From: a virus
IMG/VR virus record: IMGVR_UViG_3300039210_000318
Span: 1 to 64,000 of that record
Strand: one strand, 5' to 3'
DNA: 64,000 bases
A program made the translations under genes and the position numbers. This document shows, piece after piece, positions 36,925 through 46,242 of the stretch (its first letter is position 1; each line of letters starts with the position of its first letter). The notes beneath the pieces were generated by a model. That model was not told the origin of the DNA and did no database searches. It saw only the letters and a program-made list of their open reading frames with translations.

Positions 36925-37304
36925 GTACAGCGGACGTAGCGGTAGCAACGGAGGAGGCATGGTGCGTAGAGCTCGAGCGCCACGGCGCCATGGCATGGCG
37001 CAAGGGGGGCGACCAGTCTGCCCGTTTCAACCGGGACATATTCGGCCTGTTCGACGTGCTGGCCCTCACTGCGTTCGACACGATCCTGAGCCAGGTCAAA
37101 GCTACCCGCTCCGTGCCGCGCCCCACGCGCGAGTGGTGGGACGTGTTCCTGTCCATGCCGCACCCGCCCAACCTGCGGTGCTTATGGGTCTGGCTCACGC
37201 CGGAAGGCGTGTGGCAGGTCTGGATGCTGCCGCCGCGCATGACCGAGACGCAGCGCAAGGGCATTATGCTGCCGCAGGTCTGGCCCCCGGTGGGTGGCAA
37301 ATGA
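36921..37304 (+). CDS. PD-(D/E)XK nuclease / Holliday junction resolvase-like
   Basis: E....L...G; DIFGLFDVLAL; SQVK. Confidence 0.65.
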   Translation: MSTADVAVATEEAWCVELERHGAMAWRKGGDQSARFNRDIFGLFDVLALTAFDTILSQVKATRSVPRPTREWWDVFLSMPHPPNLRCLWVWLTPEGVWQVWMLPPRMTETQRKGIMLPQVWPPVGGK

Positions 37305-37666
37305 GCCTGCGCGCTGCCGTCCTGGCCGTGCTCCTATGCTGCGCGCTGCCGGCAGAGTCGGCCCGGGCCGACGACTCCTGGCAGCCGGCAGAGCCGACGT
37401 GGGGCAGCGTTACTGCCTACTGCGACCAGGGAGTGACGGCTTCCGGCGCGTGGACGCGCTGGGGCACGGCGGCGGGAGCGGGGTGGCTCCCGCTCGGCTC
37501 TCTGGTATGGGTGCCCGGTTACGGCACCGTGCTCATCACCGACCGGGGGCAGCCAGGCCTGTTTATCGTGGACATAGCAGCCCCCGGCGCCTGCGGCTGG
37601 GCCTGGCAGTGGGGCAGGCAATGGTTGCCGGTGTCCGTAGAAAGGTGGGGATGGGGTTGGCAATGA
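37301..37666 (+). CDS. Secreted 3D-domain protein
   Basis: Signal peptide; VTAYC..G.TASG, PLGS.V.VPGYG...TDRG....VDI. Confidence 0.75.
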   Translation: MSLRAAVLAVLLCCALPAESARADDSWQPAEPTWGSVTAYCDQGVTASGAWTRWGTAAGAGWLPLGSLVWVPGYGTVLITDRGQPGLFIVDIAAPGACGWAWQWGRQWLPVSVERWGWGWQ

Positions 37667-38112
37667 CCGAGGAGGAGACTGACTCTTTTGACCTGACCAC
37701 GCTGCATCGCTACCCGGTAGGCGAGGTACCGGTGACGTTCGGCTTCCTCGTCACGAAGCTACAGGCGGCAGCCTACGGCGTGGGCTACATGCACGGACTG
37801 ATGGCGCGCAAGAAGCGCGAGCCGGGAGCAAGCTATGTCTCCGACCGGTTGCGCCGCGAACTATTCGCGGCGCACGAGCGCGACATGGAGCGCGTCGCCA
37901 AGCTGCGGACGGCTTTGGACAGCCTCGACTCCTTCGTGGACTGGCTGCTGCCGCCGCCGGAGGAGCAGGGCGAGGACGTGCGCCGGCAGCGTGACTACCA
38001 GGCCATGCGCACCGCCGCCGCGCTGGCCGAGCCTACGCCGGTACCGCCACCGCCTCCATTGATACCGGCTCCGGGCCATGAGCCAGGACCCCCGTTGGAT
38101 GGGGCATCGTGA
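37663..38112 (+). CDS. Hypothetical protein
   Basis: ATGA-coupled ORF, 149 aa. Confidence 0.5.
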   Translation: MTEEETDSFDLTTLHRYPVGEVPVTFGFLVTKLQAAAYGVGYMHGLMARKKREPGASYVSDRLRRELFAAHERDMERVAKLRTALDSLDSFVDWLLPPPEEQGEDVRRQRDYQAMRTAAALAEPTPVPPPPPLIPAPGHEPGPPLDGAS

Positions 38113-38449
38113 AGACGCACGTGCCGACCTCGTTTGGCTCGAAGGAGCCTGTCGCCCGGAAGCGTACCGACGTGCCCTTCACCAGGCCATCAAAGGTGAA
38201 TGGCTCCGGTATGTCGCTGACCTCGATCTTGACTTGCTCGCCGCGCACCTGGACGGCCAGCCTGGCCTCCCTCAATGGCGACAGCGTCGGACCGTGGAGC
38301 GTGACGGCGGCAACATACCGCCTGCCTGCGCACCGGAACGACACATCCGGGTCATCGCTACACCATTCTGCTCCCATGGGCATACCCCTCTCAACGTGCG
38401 CCGCCGACATGAGGCGGCTAGCAGCGCCAGTATACAGAAAGGCATTGGC

Positions 38450-38821
38450 ATGGCGAAAGCCAGGAAGGTAGGAGGCTGGATCGTGTTGGAGAAGGACTTC
38501 GCGCCACGCGGCGCCTGGATTAACTACCGCAATTGGAAGGGGAGGTTGGCGCGCCGATACATCCAGCCGCACACGCTCATCTTCGGCAAGTCGCGCTGGC
38601 ACAACGAGGAGCAATGGCTGCTGGTCGCCCGCGACCTGGAGGAGCACAAGGTGAAGACCTTCGCTATGTCCGGCATCCTCTGCTGGTCCACGACGCCGGA
38701 AGGGCTGCCGCCCCTGCCGGAGGAGCCCGCGCCGCCCTGGGAGGAAACCCGAGCAGTCGTGATAGAGGAAAACGTTGGCGATCCCTTGGTGCCGCTCGTC
38801 GCCGAAGGGGAGCCGTCGTGA
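38450..38821 (+). CDS. Stand-alone WYL-like domain protein
   Basis: INYRNWKG....R.I.P....FG...WH...QWLL.A.DL.....KTFAM..I. Confidence 0.65.
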   Translation: MAKARKVGGWIVLEKDFAPRGAWINYRNWKGRLARRYIQPHTLIFGKSRWHNEEQWLLVARDLEEHKVKTFAMSGILCWSTTPEGLPPLPEEPAPPWEETRAVVIEENVGDPLVPLVAEGEPS

Positions 38822-39186
38822 CCGTCTACGTCGATCCAATCTTCCTGGCCGTGCCCCGTACCGCCCAGGCCCGGCGCCACGGAGAGGCCTGGTGCCACTT
38901 AACTGCCGATACCCCGGAGGAGTTGCACGCCTTCGCGGCGCGCCTGGGTATGAAGCGACTCTGGGCGCAGCGCGAGGAGCGCGGCTACGGGTTGCATTAC
39001 GACATCATTCCGAGCAAGAGAGCGCTGGCGGTGCGCCTGGGGCGCAGGAGCAGACCGCCCTGGAGGCTGCCGATCGGCTCATGGCCGATGCCCGCGCCTG
39101 GCGCGCGGGGCAGGCCGTCGTGTCACCGGCTGAGCAGGACGGCGTGCTCGCCGGGCAAATGCCCGCGCCAGCGCCGTGCGCAATAG
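38818..39186 (+). CDS. DUF4031 protein
   Basis: VYVD...WCHL.ADT.EELHAFA.RLG......Q......HYD; probable frameshift in a G run near 39040. Confidence 0.75.
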   Translation: MTVYVDPIFLAVPRTAQARRHGEAWCHLTADTPEELHAFAARLGMKRLWAQREERGYGLHYDIIPSKRALAVRLGRRSRPPWRLPIGSWPMPAPGARGRPSCHRLSRTACSPGKCPRQRRAQ

Positions 39187-39623
39187 AGGCTACAGAATGT
39201 GGACCCCGGCGTGCGCCGCTCTGCTAGGTGGCGCCCGCAGCCCATGCAGCAGACCGACTCGCCGGGGTGCTCCCGGTAATAGCGGCGCCGGTGGGAGATG
39301 CAGCACCAGTCCTGGTAGAGCGCCGAGCAGAGAAACCCCTGCTCGCACAATTGGCAACGCCCGACCTCGGCAATGCGTAGCACCGCTTCGGCCCATGCCT
39401 GGCCGTTCTCGCCGCCCGGCTGCAATTTGGCCGCGGCCAGCGCCGGCCAGGCATGCCGGTGGCCGCAGAGATGGGCCAGGACGCGCGCGTAGCGGCGCAA
39501 GAGCACGTCCGGAGCATCGTCGGTAGGGGGCAAGTAGGGGAGGAGCAGCGCCGGTACCCGCAGCCTGGTGACGTCGACCAGGATTGGCCCGAACTCCCGC
39601 CATGGCGGTAACACCGTAGACAC
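39123..39623 (-). CDS. Cys-rich hypothetical protein
   Basis: CQLC, CC, CMGC...FCS..C; RBS GGAGGGAG. Confidence 0.4.
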   Translation of the reverse strand: MSTVLPPWREFGPILVDVTRLRVPALLLPYLPPTDDAPDVLLRRYARVLAHLCGHRHAWPALAAAKLQPGGENGQAWAEAVLRIAEVGRCQLCEQGFLCSALYQDWCCISHRRRYYREHPGESVCCMGCGRHLAERRTPGSTFCSLYCARRWRGHLPGEHAVLLSR

Positions 39624-39762
39624 TCCCTCCGCTCCGGGCCAGCATAACCCCGCACTCCGCTTTCTTGCTTACTGAAACGGCTAGCCAATATGGACGTAAC
39701 CCGCCCTGCGGTTAGGCTGCTGCTATCGTGACCTTGGCAACAATCTAGAGGGAGGCTTAACA

Positions 39763-40353
39763 ATGCAACTGGTCGCAGCGCCTACGTACTCTCCTCGCAC
39801 GGAGACCCTGAGCGTCGAGCAAAGGGACGAGGTGCGGCGCCAGTTGCGGCGGTACCTCGGCTACCCCTTCACCGCTGGCAAGGAGGAGAGCGAGCCGCTC
39901 TTGCTGCCCCTATTCTGGGACGTGGAACTGACGCTGCCGGCAGCGGCGGTAGCCGACGACGCCAGCCTGGCATACCGGCGCGGTCTGGGACCGAATGGCA
40001 GCCTGGACGAGCAACCGGTGGTGCGGGCCATGCGCCGCGCCGGGGACGAAGCCAGCCTGGTGACGATTTGCCGACCTGCGCACGTCTCGGTGCCCTACCA
40101 CGAGGTGGCGCGCATGCTGGACAGCATGCCGACGCACCTGGCGTCGTCTTTGCGCGCGTCGGTGGTCCGACGCAAGGGCGATACCTGGCTGTCCGTGCGC
40201 TGGCATACCAGCCGCCAACAGATCAACGGCTGGGTACAGGAAGGTCTTGACGTCCTGGCCGACATGGTGTACGGCGACCGCTGGCTCGACCGCTCCCAGG
40301 TGGCTTCGCTGCGCGTGCTGAACGGTGGCCGGCGCGACGAGCGCGCCGCTTGA
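39763..40353 (+). CDS. Hypothetical protein, possible C-terminal sigma-region-4-like HTH
   Basis: RBS GGGAGG; C-terminal LS.RWHTSRQQI..W...GL..L. Confidence 0.5.
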   Translation: MQLVAAPTYSPRTETLSVEQRDEVRRQLRRYLGYPFTAGKEESEPLLLPLFWDVELTLPAAAVADDASLAYRRGLGPNGSLDEQPVVRAMRRAGDEASLVTICRPAHVSVPYHEVARMLDSMPTHLASSLRASVVRRKGDTWLSVRWHTSRQQINGWVQEGLDVLADMVYGDRWLDRSQVASLRVLNGGRRDERAA

Positions 40354-40442
40354 CCGCCTTCCTGCTGGCGTATATCCTGACGCAACGGTATACTACCAAC
40401 CCCGGTAGCGATGCGGCGAGCGCCGTATCCGGACCCGGAGGC

Positions 40443-40940
40443 ATGGAGGACACCGTTGTGCAGACCCTACGCGACCACGAGCGCCCTGGGGCAGACGACC
40501 TATTGCTCGCCGTGGGCGCAGCCGAGACGGCAGGCCAGGACACCGGCCTGGACGAGTTTGCCCAGAGCGATCTGGGTCACTACCGGATGCTGATCGCCGC
40601 CGACCTCTACAAGCTGCGCGGGCACGCCGAGGAACTCCCCCACTCGCCCCGGCTCGCGGCTATACACAGCGCGCTCGCACCCATCATCGCCCGCTCCCCG
40701 TCCTCGCTGATTATGCAGGGCACGTCGGTGACGCTCATGCCGACCCGGCAGTTCCGGGAGGAGGTTGACCGCGTCCTGGCCTGCTGGGCCGACGCCCTCT
40801 GGCTCACCATCGACTGGCCGGCGCGCGACCGTCTGTCCCACCTCGGGCCGGACCTCATGCGCCTGCACGTCCATCTGGACGACCTGCACCTCATCATCCT
40901 CGGCCCCCGGCCGCTCCCCGAAGGGGCTATGCCAGCCTAG
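40443..40940 (+). CDS. Hypothetical protein
   Basis: RBS GGAGG; 165 aa. Confidence 0.5.
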   Translation: MEDTVVQTLRDHERPGADDLLLAVGAAETAGQDTGLDEFAQSDLGHYRMLIAADLYKLRGHAEELPHSPRLAAIHSALAPIIARSPSSLIMQGTSVTLMPTRQFREEVDRVLACWADALWLTIDWPARDRLSHLGPDLMRLHVHLDDLHLIILGPRPLPEGAMPA

Positions 40941-41037
40941 TACCTTCGGCGCCCTGGCCCGCCGTACTGGCGTATACCGTAGCGTAGCGGTATAGTGCTG
41001 GTACGGCGTTTTGGCCGTAGGAACAAAGGAGAGAGAC

Positions 41038-41244
41038 ATGGCGCTCAACCCAACCCTGACCCCGGAGGAGCGAGAGGCAGCCGATACCCGCATTGTGGCA
41101 GCCTACGACCGCTATGACGTGGCGTTCCGCGCCGCCAAGAAGCGGGGCGACTATCGCACCGCCAGCGTCAACAAGGTCCTACGCGACGATCTGGCTCCGG
41201 CCATGGAAGCCATCATGCGCCGACGCGCCGGTAAGGGGGCATAG
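41038..41244 (+). CDS. Small hypothetical protein
   Basis: Follows the promoter palindrome at 40974, a hairpin and AAAGGAG. Confidence 0.6.
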   Translation: MALNPTLTPEEREAADTRIVAAYDRYDVAFRAAKKRGDYRTASVNKVLRDDLAPAMEAIMRRRAGKGA

Positions 41245-41245
41245 G

Positions 41246-41641
41246 ATGCTGCAGACGAACGACCTCCTGGTGCAGTCCCGCGCCGCGCTCATTGGCAAGC
41301 AGCGCACCCTCCACGAGCGGCGCGCGGAATACCGGCAGCAGGTGGCCGACCTGATTGCCGAGCTACGCCTGCACTACGACGCCGTTGAGGCGTCGGAGCG
41401 CCGGAACAACGCCCTCAACACGCCCCTACATTGCCTGCCATCCTTAACCGGCACGCTCGCCACCATTCCTTCCCTGGTGGTGGCTCAAATGCAGTGGAAC
41501 TGCATGGCCGACGCCCAGAACGGCGAGCGAGGCTCCCTCAGGCTGCTCCAGGACACCGTGAACGAGGACCAGCGCGTCCTGGAGCGCCAAGCCAATGCTC
41601 GCGCCGAGCGCATGATCGCCATCAGCAGAAAGGCAGACTGA
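41246..41641 (+). CDS. Hypothetical coiled-coil protein
   Basis: Packed operon, 131 aa. Confidence 0.5.
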   Translation: MLQTNDLLVQSRAALIGKQRTLHERRAEYRQQVADLIAELRLHYDAVEASERRNNALNTPLHCLPSLTGTLATIPSLVVAQMQWNCMADAQNGERGSLRLLQDTVNEDQRVLERQANARAERMIAISRKAD

Positions 41642-42192
41642 TGCCCGACGTAACCGTGAAGTTTGTCAAGACCATCAGCACCGGCGTGCGCCGCCTGAAA
41701 ATGCTCTCGCCCTATAACCCGGACCTGCCCGCGCGGGCCCGGGAGTTGGGTGGCTCCTGGGACTCCACGGCCCAGGCCTGGTACTTCGACCCCCGCGACG
41801 AGGAGCGCGTCCGCGCGCTCGCCCTCGCCATCTACGGCAGTGACGGCTCCGGCGCGCCGGTCGCCACCATGGATCTCCGCGTCGACCTGGACGCCCTGCC
41901 GCGCACCGACTACCCGCGCTACCAGCCGCTCTGGCTCGGCGGCCGCTGCGTCGTAGAGCGCAGGGACCGGGACCGCCACGTCATCCTGGGCGATGGCGTG
42001 GTGACCATCAGCGGTGGCTTCACCCCGCGCGGTGGTAGCCGCGCCAACCCCTCCTGGGACGCCGATACCGGCACGGTGTTGGAGGTCCGCGACGTGCCGG
42101 TACCGCTGGGCGAGGCAGCCATTGCCGCCTGCCCCGCCGCCATTACCCGCGTGCTGCCGGCAGCGGCCGGCGCGACCACCGAGGAGGAGTGA
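41641..42192 (+). CDS. Conserved phage hypothetical protein
   Basis: SPYNPD....ARELGG.WD....AW.F..RDEE.VR.L...IYG.DG. Confidence 0.65.
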   Translation: MPDVTVKFVKTISTGVRRLKMLSPYNPDLPARARELGGSWDSTAQAWYFDPRDEERVRALALAIYGSDGSGAPVATMDLRVDLDALPRTDYPRYQPLWLGGRCVVERRDRDRHVILGDGVVTISGGFTPRGGSRANPSWDADTGTVLEVRDVPVPLGEAAIAACPAAITRVLPAAAGATTEEE

Positions 42193-42194
42193 CC

Positions 42195-42395
42195 CTACCG
42201 GGTGCGCTCCTTTGCCGCCTGGCGTTCTCGCTCCCGCTCCTCGATGTAGGCGTCGATCGACGCCACCGGGATCAGGACGGCGCGCCCGGCGCGCTCCGAC
42301 GCCAGCGCCCCGCTGGCGACTAACTCATAGGTCCGGCTCGCTGAACGCCCCAGGCGCACCGCCGCCTCTGTGACCGTCAGATAGCCTGGTATCAC
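42195..42395 (-). CDS. Excisionase-like HTH (HTH_17) protein
   Basis: YLTV.EAA.RLG.S....YELV..G.L...R.GR...I....IDAYI. Confidence 0.8.
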   Translation of the reverse strand: MIPGYLTVTEAAVRLGRSASRTYELVASGALASERAGRAVLIPVASIDAYIEERERERQAAKERTR

Positions 42396-42536
42396 CCGCC
42401 GCCTCCTCTCAACCTCAACAGGACGAGTGTACGTTGCTCCCCCCGGCCCGCGTCACGCTTGCCGGAATATGGTACGGTATTACGGTAAAGGACGCTCGCG
42501 CGCTGGACGCGCAGCAAGCAACGAAAGGGGAAGGAC

Positions 42537-42779
42537 ATGGCATCTATCGGCTCTACCGGCTGGCTACCGGCAGAGGGAGCAACCCGCCCGTTTTGTGAGA
42601 AGCACCTGCCTGGCCGGCCGGTGACTCGCTTCGAGGAGGACGCCATCTTGACTCGGTACACCTGCCAGCGCTGCGGCGCCGGGTTCACCATGTGGTCGCC
42701 GTTGCCGACCTACGAGGAGCGCCGGCCACGGGCGCCCAGGGGCAGCCGGCGCGCGCCGGTAGGCAGCGGGGTGCGCTGA
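42537..42779 (+). CDS. Small Zn-ribbon protein
   Basis: FCEKH...CQRC; RBS GGAAGGA. Confidence 0.45.
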   Translation: MASIGSTGWLPAEGATRPFCEKHLPGRPVTRFEEDAILTRYTCQRCGAGFTMWSPLPTYEERRPRAPRGSRRAPVGSGVR

Positions 42780-43084
42780 TGGCGGTGTCCATTTATACCG
42801 AGGTCTTGCGCGAGCAGGAACGCCTGCGACCGCAGATGGGCCCGAGCCACCTCCCGTCCCAGTTCTGGCTCGGCGTGCTGACCGAGGACCTCGGCCGCGC
42901 CGGCGTGGCGGCCGGTGGGGGCAATTGGCAGCACTACCGCTCGGAGTTGCTCTCGGTGGCCGCCCTGGCGGTCATGGCCCTGGAGCAGCATGACACCGCC
43001 GTCAGGGTAGAGCACGAGGCAAAGCGCCGGACAGGCGCGCTGCCGGCCAAACGGCCGTCGGTGCCGGCCATCAAGGGACAATAG
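42779..43084 (+). CDS. MazG-like nucleotide pyrophosphohydrolase (degenerate)
   Basis: EV..EQ.R.......W..VL.ED.G......YR.EL..VAA.AV...E. Confidence 0.55.
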   Translation: MAVSIYTEVLREQERLRPQMGPSHLPSQFWLGVLTEDLGRAGVAAGGGNWQHYRSELLSVAALAVMALEQHDTAVRVEHEAKRRTGALPAKRPSVPAIKGQ

Positions 43085-43227
43085 GCTCCGGACACGACGA
43101 AGGATGGTCGGCGTGTACCTGGCGCACGGGAAACGGCGCCAGCCGACCATCCTTCGTCGCGCAGGCCCGGACGTACAAGACACACCGAGCCGTGCTCGGG
43201 GCAAGGATAGCACGAAAGGCACACCTC

Positions 43228-43578
43228 ATGAGCTTTGACGTCGACCTGCATTGCAAGACCTGCCAACGGCCCTTCACGGTTGACCTTCACACCGAAGGAG
43301 GAACCTATGCCGTTGGCGGCATCACCGAGTCCTCCCTGAATATCACCTACAACTACTCGCCCCACTTCTATGCGATGCTGGGTCCGAAGGGGCTGAGTGA
43401 GTTGCAGGACCGCACCGGAGCCGACACCGACGCCGTGCTGACCCAGGCCGTCGTGCGGCTGGGCACCGAGCGCTCGCGCGACTATTGGGAGCCGACCCCC
43501 GGCAACGCCGGCCACGCCCTCAATATCCTGCTGGGCTGGGCCAGACAGCACCCTGATGGCGTCTGGGACGTGCGGTAG
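43228..43578 (+). CDS. Conserved phage hypothetical protein
   Basis: MS.DV.L...NITYNYS..FY...YW..T.GNA..AL..LL.WA..HPDGVW. Confidence 0.65.
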   Translation: MSFDVDLHCKTCQRPFTVDLHTEGGTYAVGGITESSLNITYNYSPHFYAMLGPKGLSELQDRTGADTDAVLTQAVVRLGTERSRDYWEPTPGNAGHALNILLGWARQHPDGVWDVR

Positions 43579-43597
43579 TCGGAGGACGGGCTTGAGC

Positions 43598-43924
43598 ATG
43601 CAAGACGCATATGAAACGCTGGTGGCCGAGCACGCCCACCAGTGGTCCCTGTGCTACGCCAGCGGCGGCTGGCGAGCCGTGTGCTTCTGCGGTCTCGGCG
43701 TGACGGTGTTGGAGTTCGGCGCCGGCCGTAGCCACTGGGAATGGTTCATGGACGGGGGTGCTCCCCCGCACCCCAATATCATCCTCGCCGCCCTCTCCGG
43801 CGTGGCGACCGCCCGACGCCAGCAGGTGGAGACCGAGGCTCGCGCCGAGGTGCGCCTGTGTGAAATGGCGGCGCGGGCTGCCGCGGCCGAAATGGCAGCC
43901 AGGCGGGCGAGACGCGGCGGCTAG
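43598..43924 (+). CDS. Hypothetical protein
   Basis: RBS GGAGG; 108 aa. Confidence 0.45.
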   Translation: MQDAYETLVAEHAHQWSLCYASGGWRAVCFCGLGVTVLEFGAGRSHWEWFMDGGAPPHPNIILAALSGVATARRQQVETEARAEVRLCEMAARAAAAEMAARRARRGG

Positions 43925-44028
43925 TACCGCTGCCCCCTACCATTGGCGGTGCGCTGGCGTATACCGTTGCGTAGCGGTATAGTGCTGGTACCGGCATGCG
44001 CCGGTAGCAAGAGAGAGGACCGACCGCC

Positions 44029-44388
44029 ATGGCCGACATCCTGGGGACACCCCCCTTCGCGCGCTCCAAGCACAGCATCACCGACCTGCCATATAGCCGG
44101 GAGAGCTTCGATCCGCAGCTTGACCACGCCCCCCGCTTCGACCTGCTCACCGTGCCGGGGGTGGGCTATACCTCCCTTTCCCTGCTGCCGACCGGCAGCG
44201 ATAGCGCCTACCCCGACGCCCAGATCCTGGCCGAGGTGCGGCTCTACGAGAGCGACGCCTTCGGCAAGCCGGTCGTGAGCATCTTCCTGAAAAGCCAGGG
44301 CTTTATGCACGCCAGGGACGCGCGCATGCTGGCCTCCTTGCTCAACCGCGCGGCGACCATGGCCGAACTGGCAGAGGGGGGAGCATAG
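44029..44388 (+). CDS. Hypothetical protein
   Basis: Follows the promoter palindrome at 43961; RBS GAGG. Confidence 0.6.
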   Translation: MADILGTPPFARSKHSITDLPYSRESFDPQLDHAPRFDLLTVPGVGYTSLSLLPTGSDSAYPDAQILAEVRLYESDAFGKPVVSIFLKSQGFMHARDARMLASLLNRAATMAELAEGGA

Positions 44389-44389
44389 G

Positions 44390-45172
44390 ATGGCCCTCTA
44401 CCACTGCCGCTTCAGCAACCGGCGCGACGCGACGCTGCCGCGCCGGGTGGCCGTCAGTACCGACGGTGACAGCCGGGGCAAGCTCAAGGTAGCGATCCTG
44501 GCGGGCTGTGCGCTACCGGCCTCCATGCTGCGCGCCGTGCTCGCCGCCACCGCCTTGACCGACCCGGCCTGGTTGCCGACCTGCCTGCGCGCGCACCAGC
44601 AGCGCGTCCATCCATACGAGGTTGAGCGGTACAACGGCCGCAGCGGCAACTACGACCTGCGCATCCGCTACGCCCGCGACCCGACCATGGGCGACTACCC
44701 GGTAGGGGGCAGCTTGCACGTCTCCATGTACGGCAAGCTGAACGAAGGCGTCGACCTCGCCAACTGCGACGTGCCGCCGCTCCTGGCGTCCCTCTACGCC
44801 GCGGTACCGCAGGAGGAAGCGAGCCTCGAACTCATGGACGCCTACGTGGCGGGGACCATGCACGACGCCGCGACGGAGGATGCGGCAGCCCTGACCGCCC
44901 TCGTCGTCGGCGCCCCGGCTGCTCCGCTGGAGGAGCAGGTGCGGATTGACGCCGCGCTGCTGCACCGGTTGGGTGCCTGCGAGGACGGTATCACCGTCTT
45001 TTCCAGCCTCTACCCCTCCGGCGTCCTCGTCACGCCGGACAGCATCGCGGCGGACCTCCTGCACGCCCGCCTCTACCTGCCGGAGTCGTTGCTGCTCTGG
45101 GCAGGCATTCCCCGCCAGATGGCACCCGAGGGAGCCTACGCCGCGCTGATCCATCTGGCGGGGCTGCGCTGA
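44390..45172 (+). CDS. Hypothetical protein
   Basis: 260 aa; C-terminal L..LGAC.DG...F...YP.G motif. Confidence 0.55.
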   Translation: MALYHCRFSNRRDATLPRRVAVSTDGDSRGKLKVAILAGCALPASMLRAVLAATALTDPAWLPTCLRAHQQRVHPYEVERYNGRSGNYDLRIRYARDPTMGDYPVGGSLHVSMYGKLNEGVDLANCDVPPLLASLYAAVPQEEASLELMDAYVAGTMHDAATEDAAALTALVVGAPAAPLEEQVRIDAALLHRLGACEDGITVFSSLYPSGVLVTPDSIAADLLHARLYLPESLLLWAGIPRQMAPEGAYAALIHLAGLR

Positions 45173-45244
45173 CGTTATACCGTTACGTAGCGGTATACTA
45201 TAGGAGAGCGGCGGGCGACTCGCCAGCCCGCCGCCGGAGGAGAC

Positions 45245-45946
45245 ATGGATAGCCCTTTACTGCTGGTCGTTGACCCTTCTCCCCTGCGCCGAGCCGGTAT
45301 GGCGGGCCTGCTGGCGCCGCTGGCCGAGTCGTGCGCGGTCCCCACCGTGCATCACCTGACTCCGGACACGCCGGAGCCGGACGCCCTCCTCTACACGCAT
45401 GCCCCCGGCGTGCTCTCGCCCTTGACCGCGCTGGCGACGCTGCGCAACCGCTGGCACGGCCTGCCCGCCATCCTCGTCTACGCCGAGCCGCTCTCCGAGG
45501 AGCAGGCTTTCGCCGCGCTGCGCGTCGGCTACAACGGTGGCCTGGACGTCGCAGCCCCGGCCGACGCCTGGCTGGGTACCGCCGCCACCGTCATGCGCGG
45601 CGGCTATGCCTGGACGGAGCCGGCGGTCTGGCTCATAGAGCCGGCCGTGTCCCCGGAAACGGTCTTCCGGCACACCCCTGCCCGCCAGGAAGTGCAACGC
45701 TACTGCCCCCTGTCCAGGTCTGAATTGCGCGTCATGGACCTGATAGCCCGCGGCTACGACCATGCCGAGGTCGCCCGTCATATCGGGATCACCGTGCATA
45801 CGATAAAGAACCAGGTCAACCGGGTGCTCCGCGTCCTCCATTGTGGCAATGCCGTCCACGCCGTGGCGTATTGCCTCGAACGCGGCTGGCTCGTGGACTG
45901 CACGTGGGAGGAGCCGCTCCGCATGCTCACCGAGAAAGGAGCCTAG
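45245..45946 (+). CDS. Orphan LuxR-family regulator with degenerate receiver domain
   Basis: LLVVDP..L.R.G...LL; C-terminal PLS..E..V..LIA.G....EVA..IGI...TIKNQV..VLR.L. Confidence 0.85.
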   Translation: MDSPLLLVVDPSPLRRAGMAGLLAPLAESCAVPTVHHLTPDTPEPDALLYTHAPGVLSPLTALATLRNRWHGLPAILVYAEPLSEEQAFAALRVGYNGGLDVAAPADAWLGTAATVMRGGYAWTEPAVWLIEPAVSPETVFRHTPARQEVQRYCPLSRSELRVMDLIARGYDHAEVARHIGITVHTIKNQVNRVLRVLHCGNAVHAVAYCLERGWLVDCTWEEPLRMLTEKGA

Positions 45947-45948
45947 CC

Positions 45949-46242
45949 ATGACTATCTGCGACCTCTGCGGCGAGCCGATGGACGGCCGGCCCTGCCCGG
46001 CCATGGTGCTGCCGATCGGCCGCTACATCTACCGGCGCCTGTCCTTTGGCGAGGAGGAATGGTCCCGCGAGCACTACGCGGCTACCGGCCACCCCGACCA
46101 CTGCCACGACTGCCTTACTCCGTGGGGAGGCACGCACCATTGGGGTTGTGATTTAGAACAATGCCCCCACTGCCTGGGCCAACTGCTCTCCTGCGACTGC
46201 GACGTGCTGCAGCCCGCAGACGACGAGGAAGCGGTTGGCTGA
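45949..46242 (+). CDS. Cys-rich Zn-binding protein
   Basis: CHDC....G..HH.GCD.E.CP.C.GQLLSCDC. Confidence 0.65.
   Translation: MTICDLCGEPMDGRPCPAMVLPIGRYIYRRLSFGEEEWSREHYAATGHPDHCHDCLTPWGGTHHWGCDLEQCPHCLGQLLSCDCDVLQPADDEEAVG

Noticed and set aside
39030-39227. Frameshift in the DUF4031 gene as recoding
   Set aside because: It occurs at a G run, so a homopolymer sequencing error is the simpler explanation.
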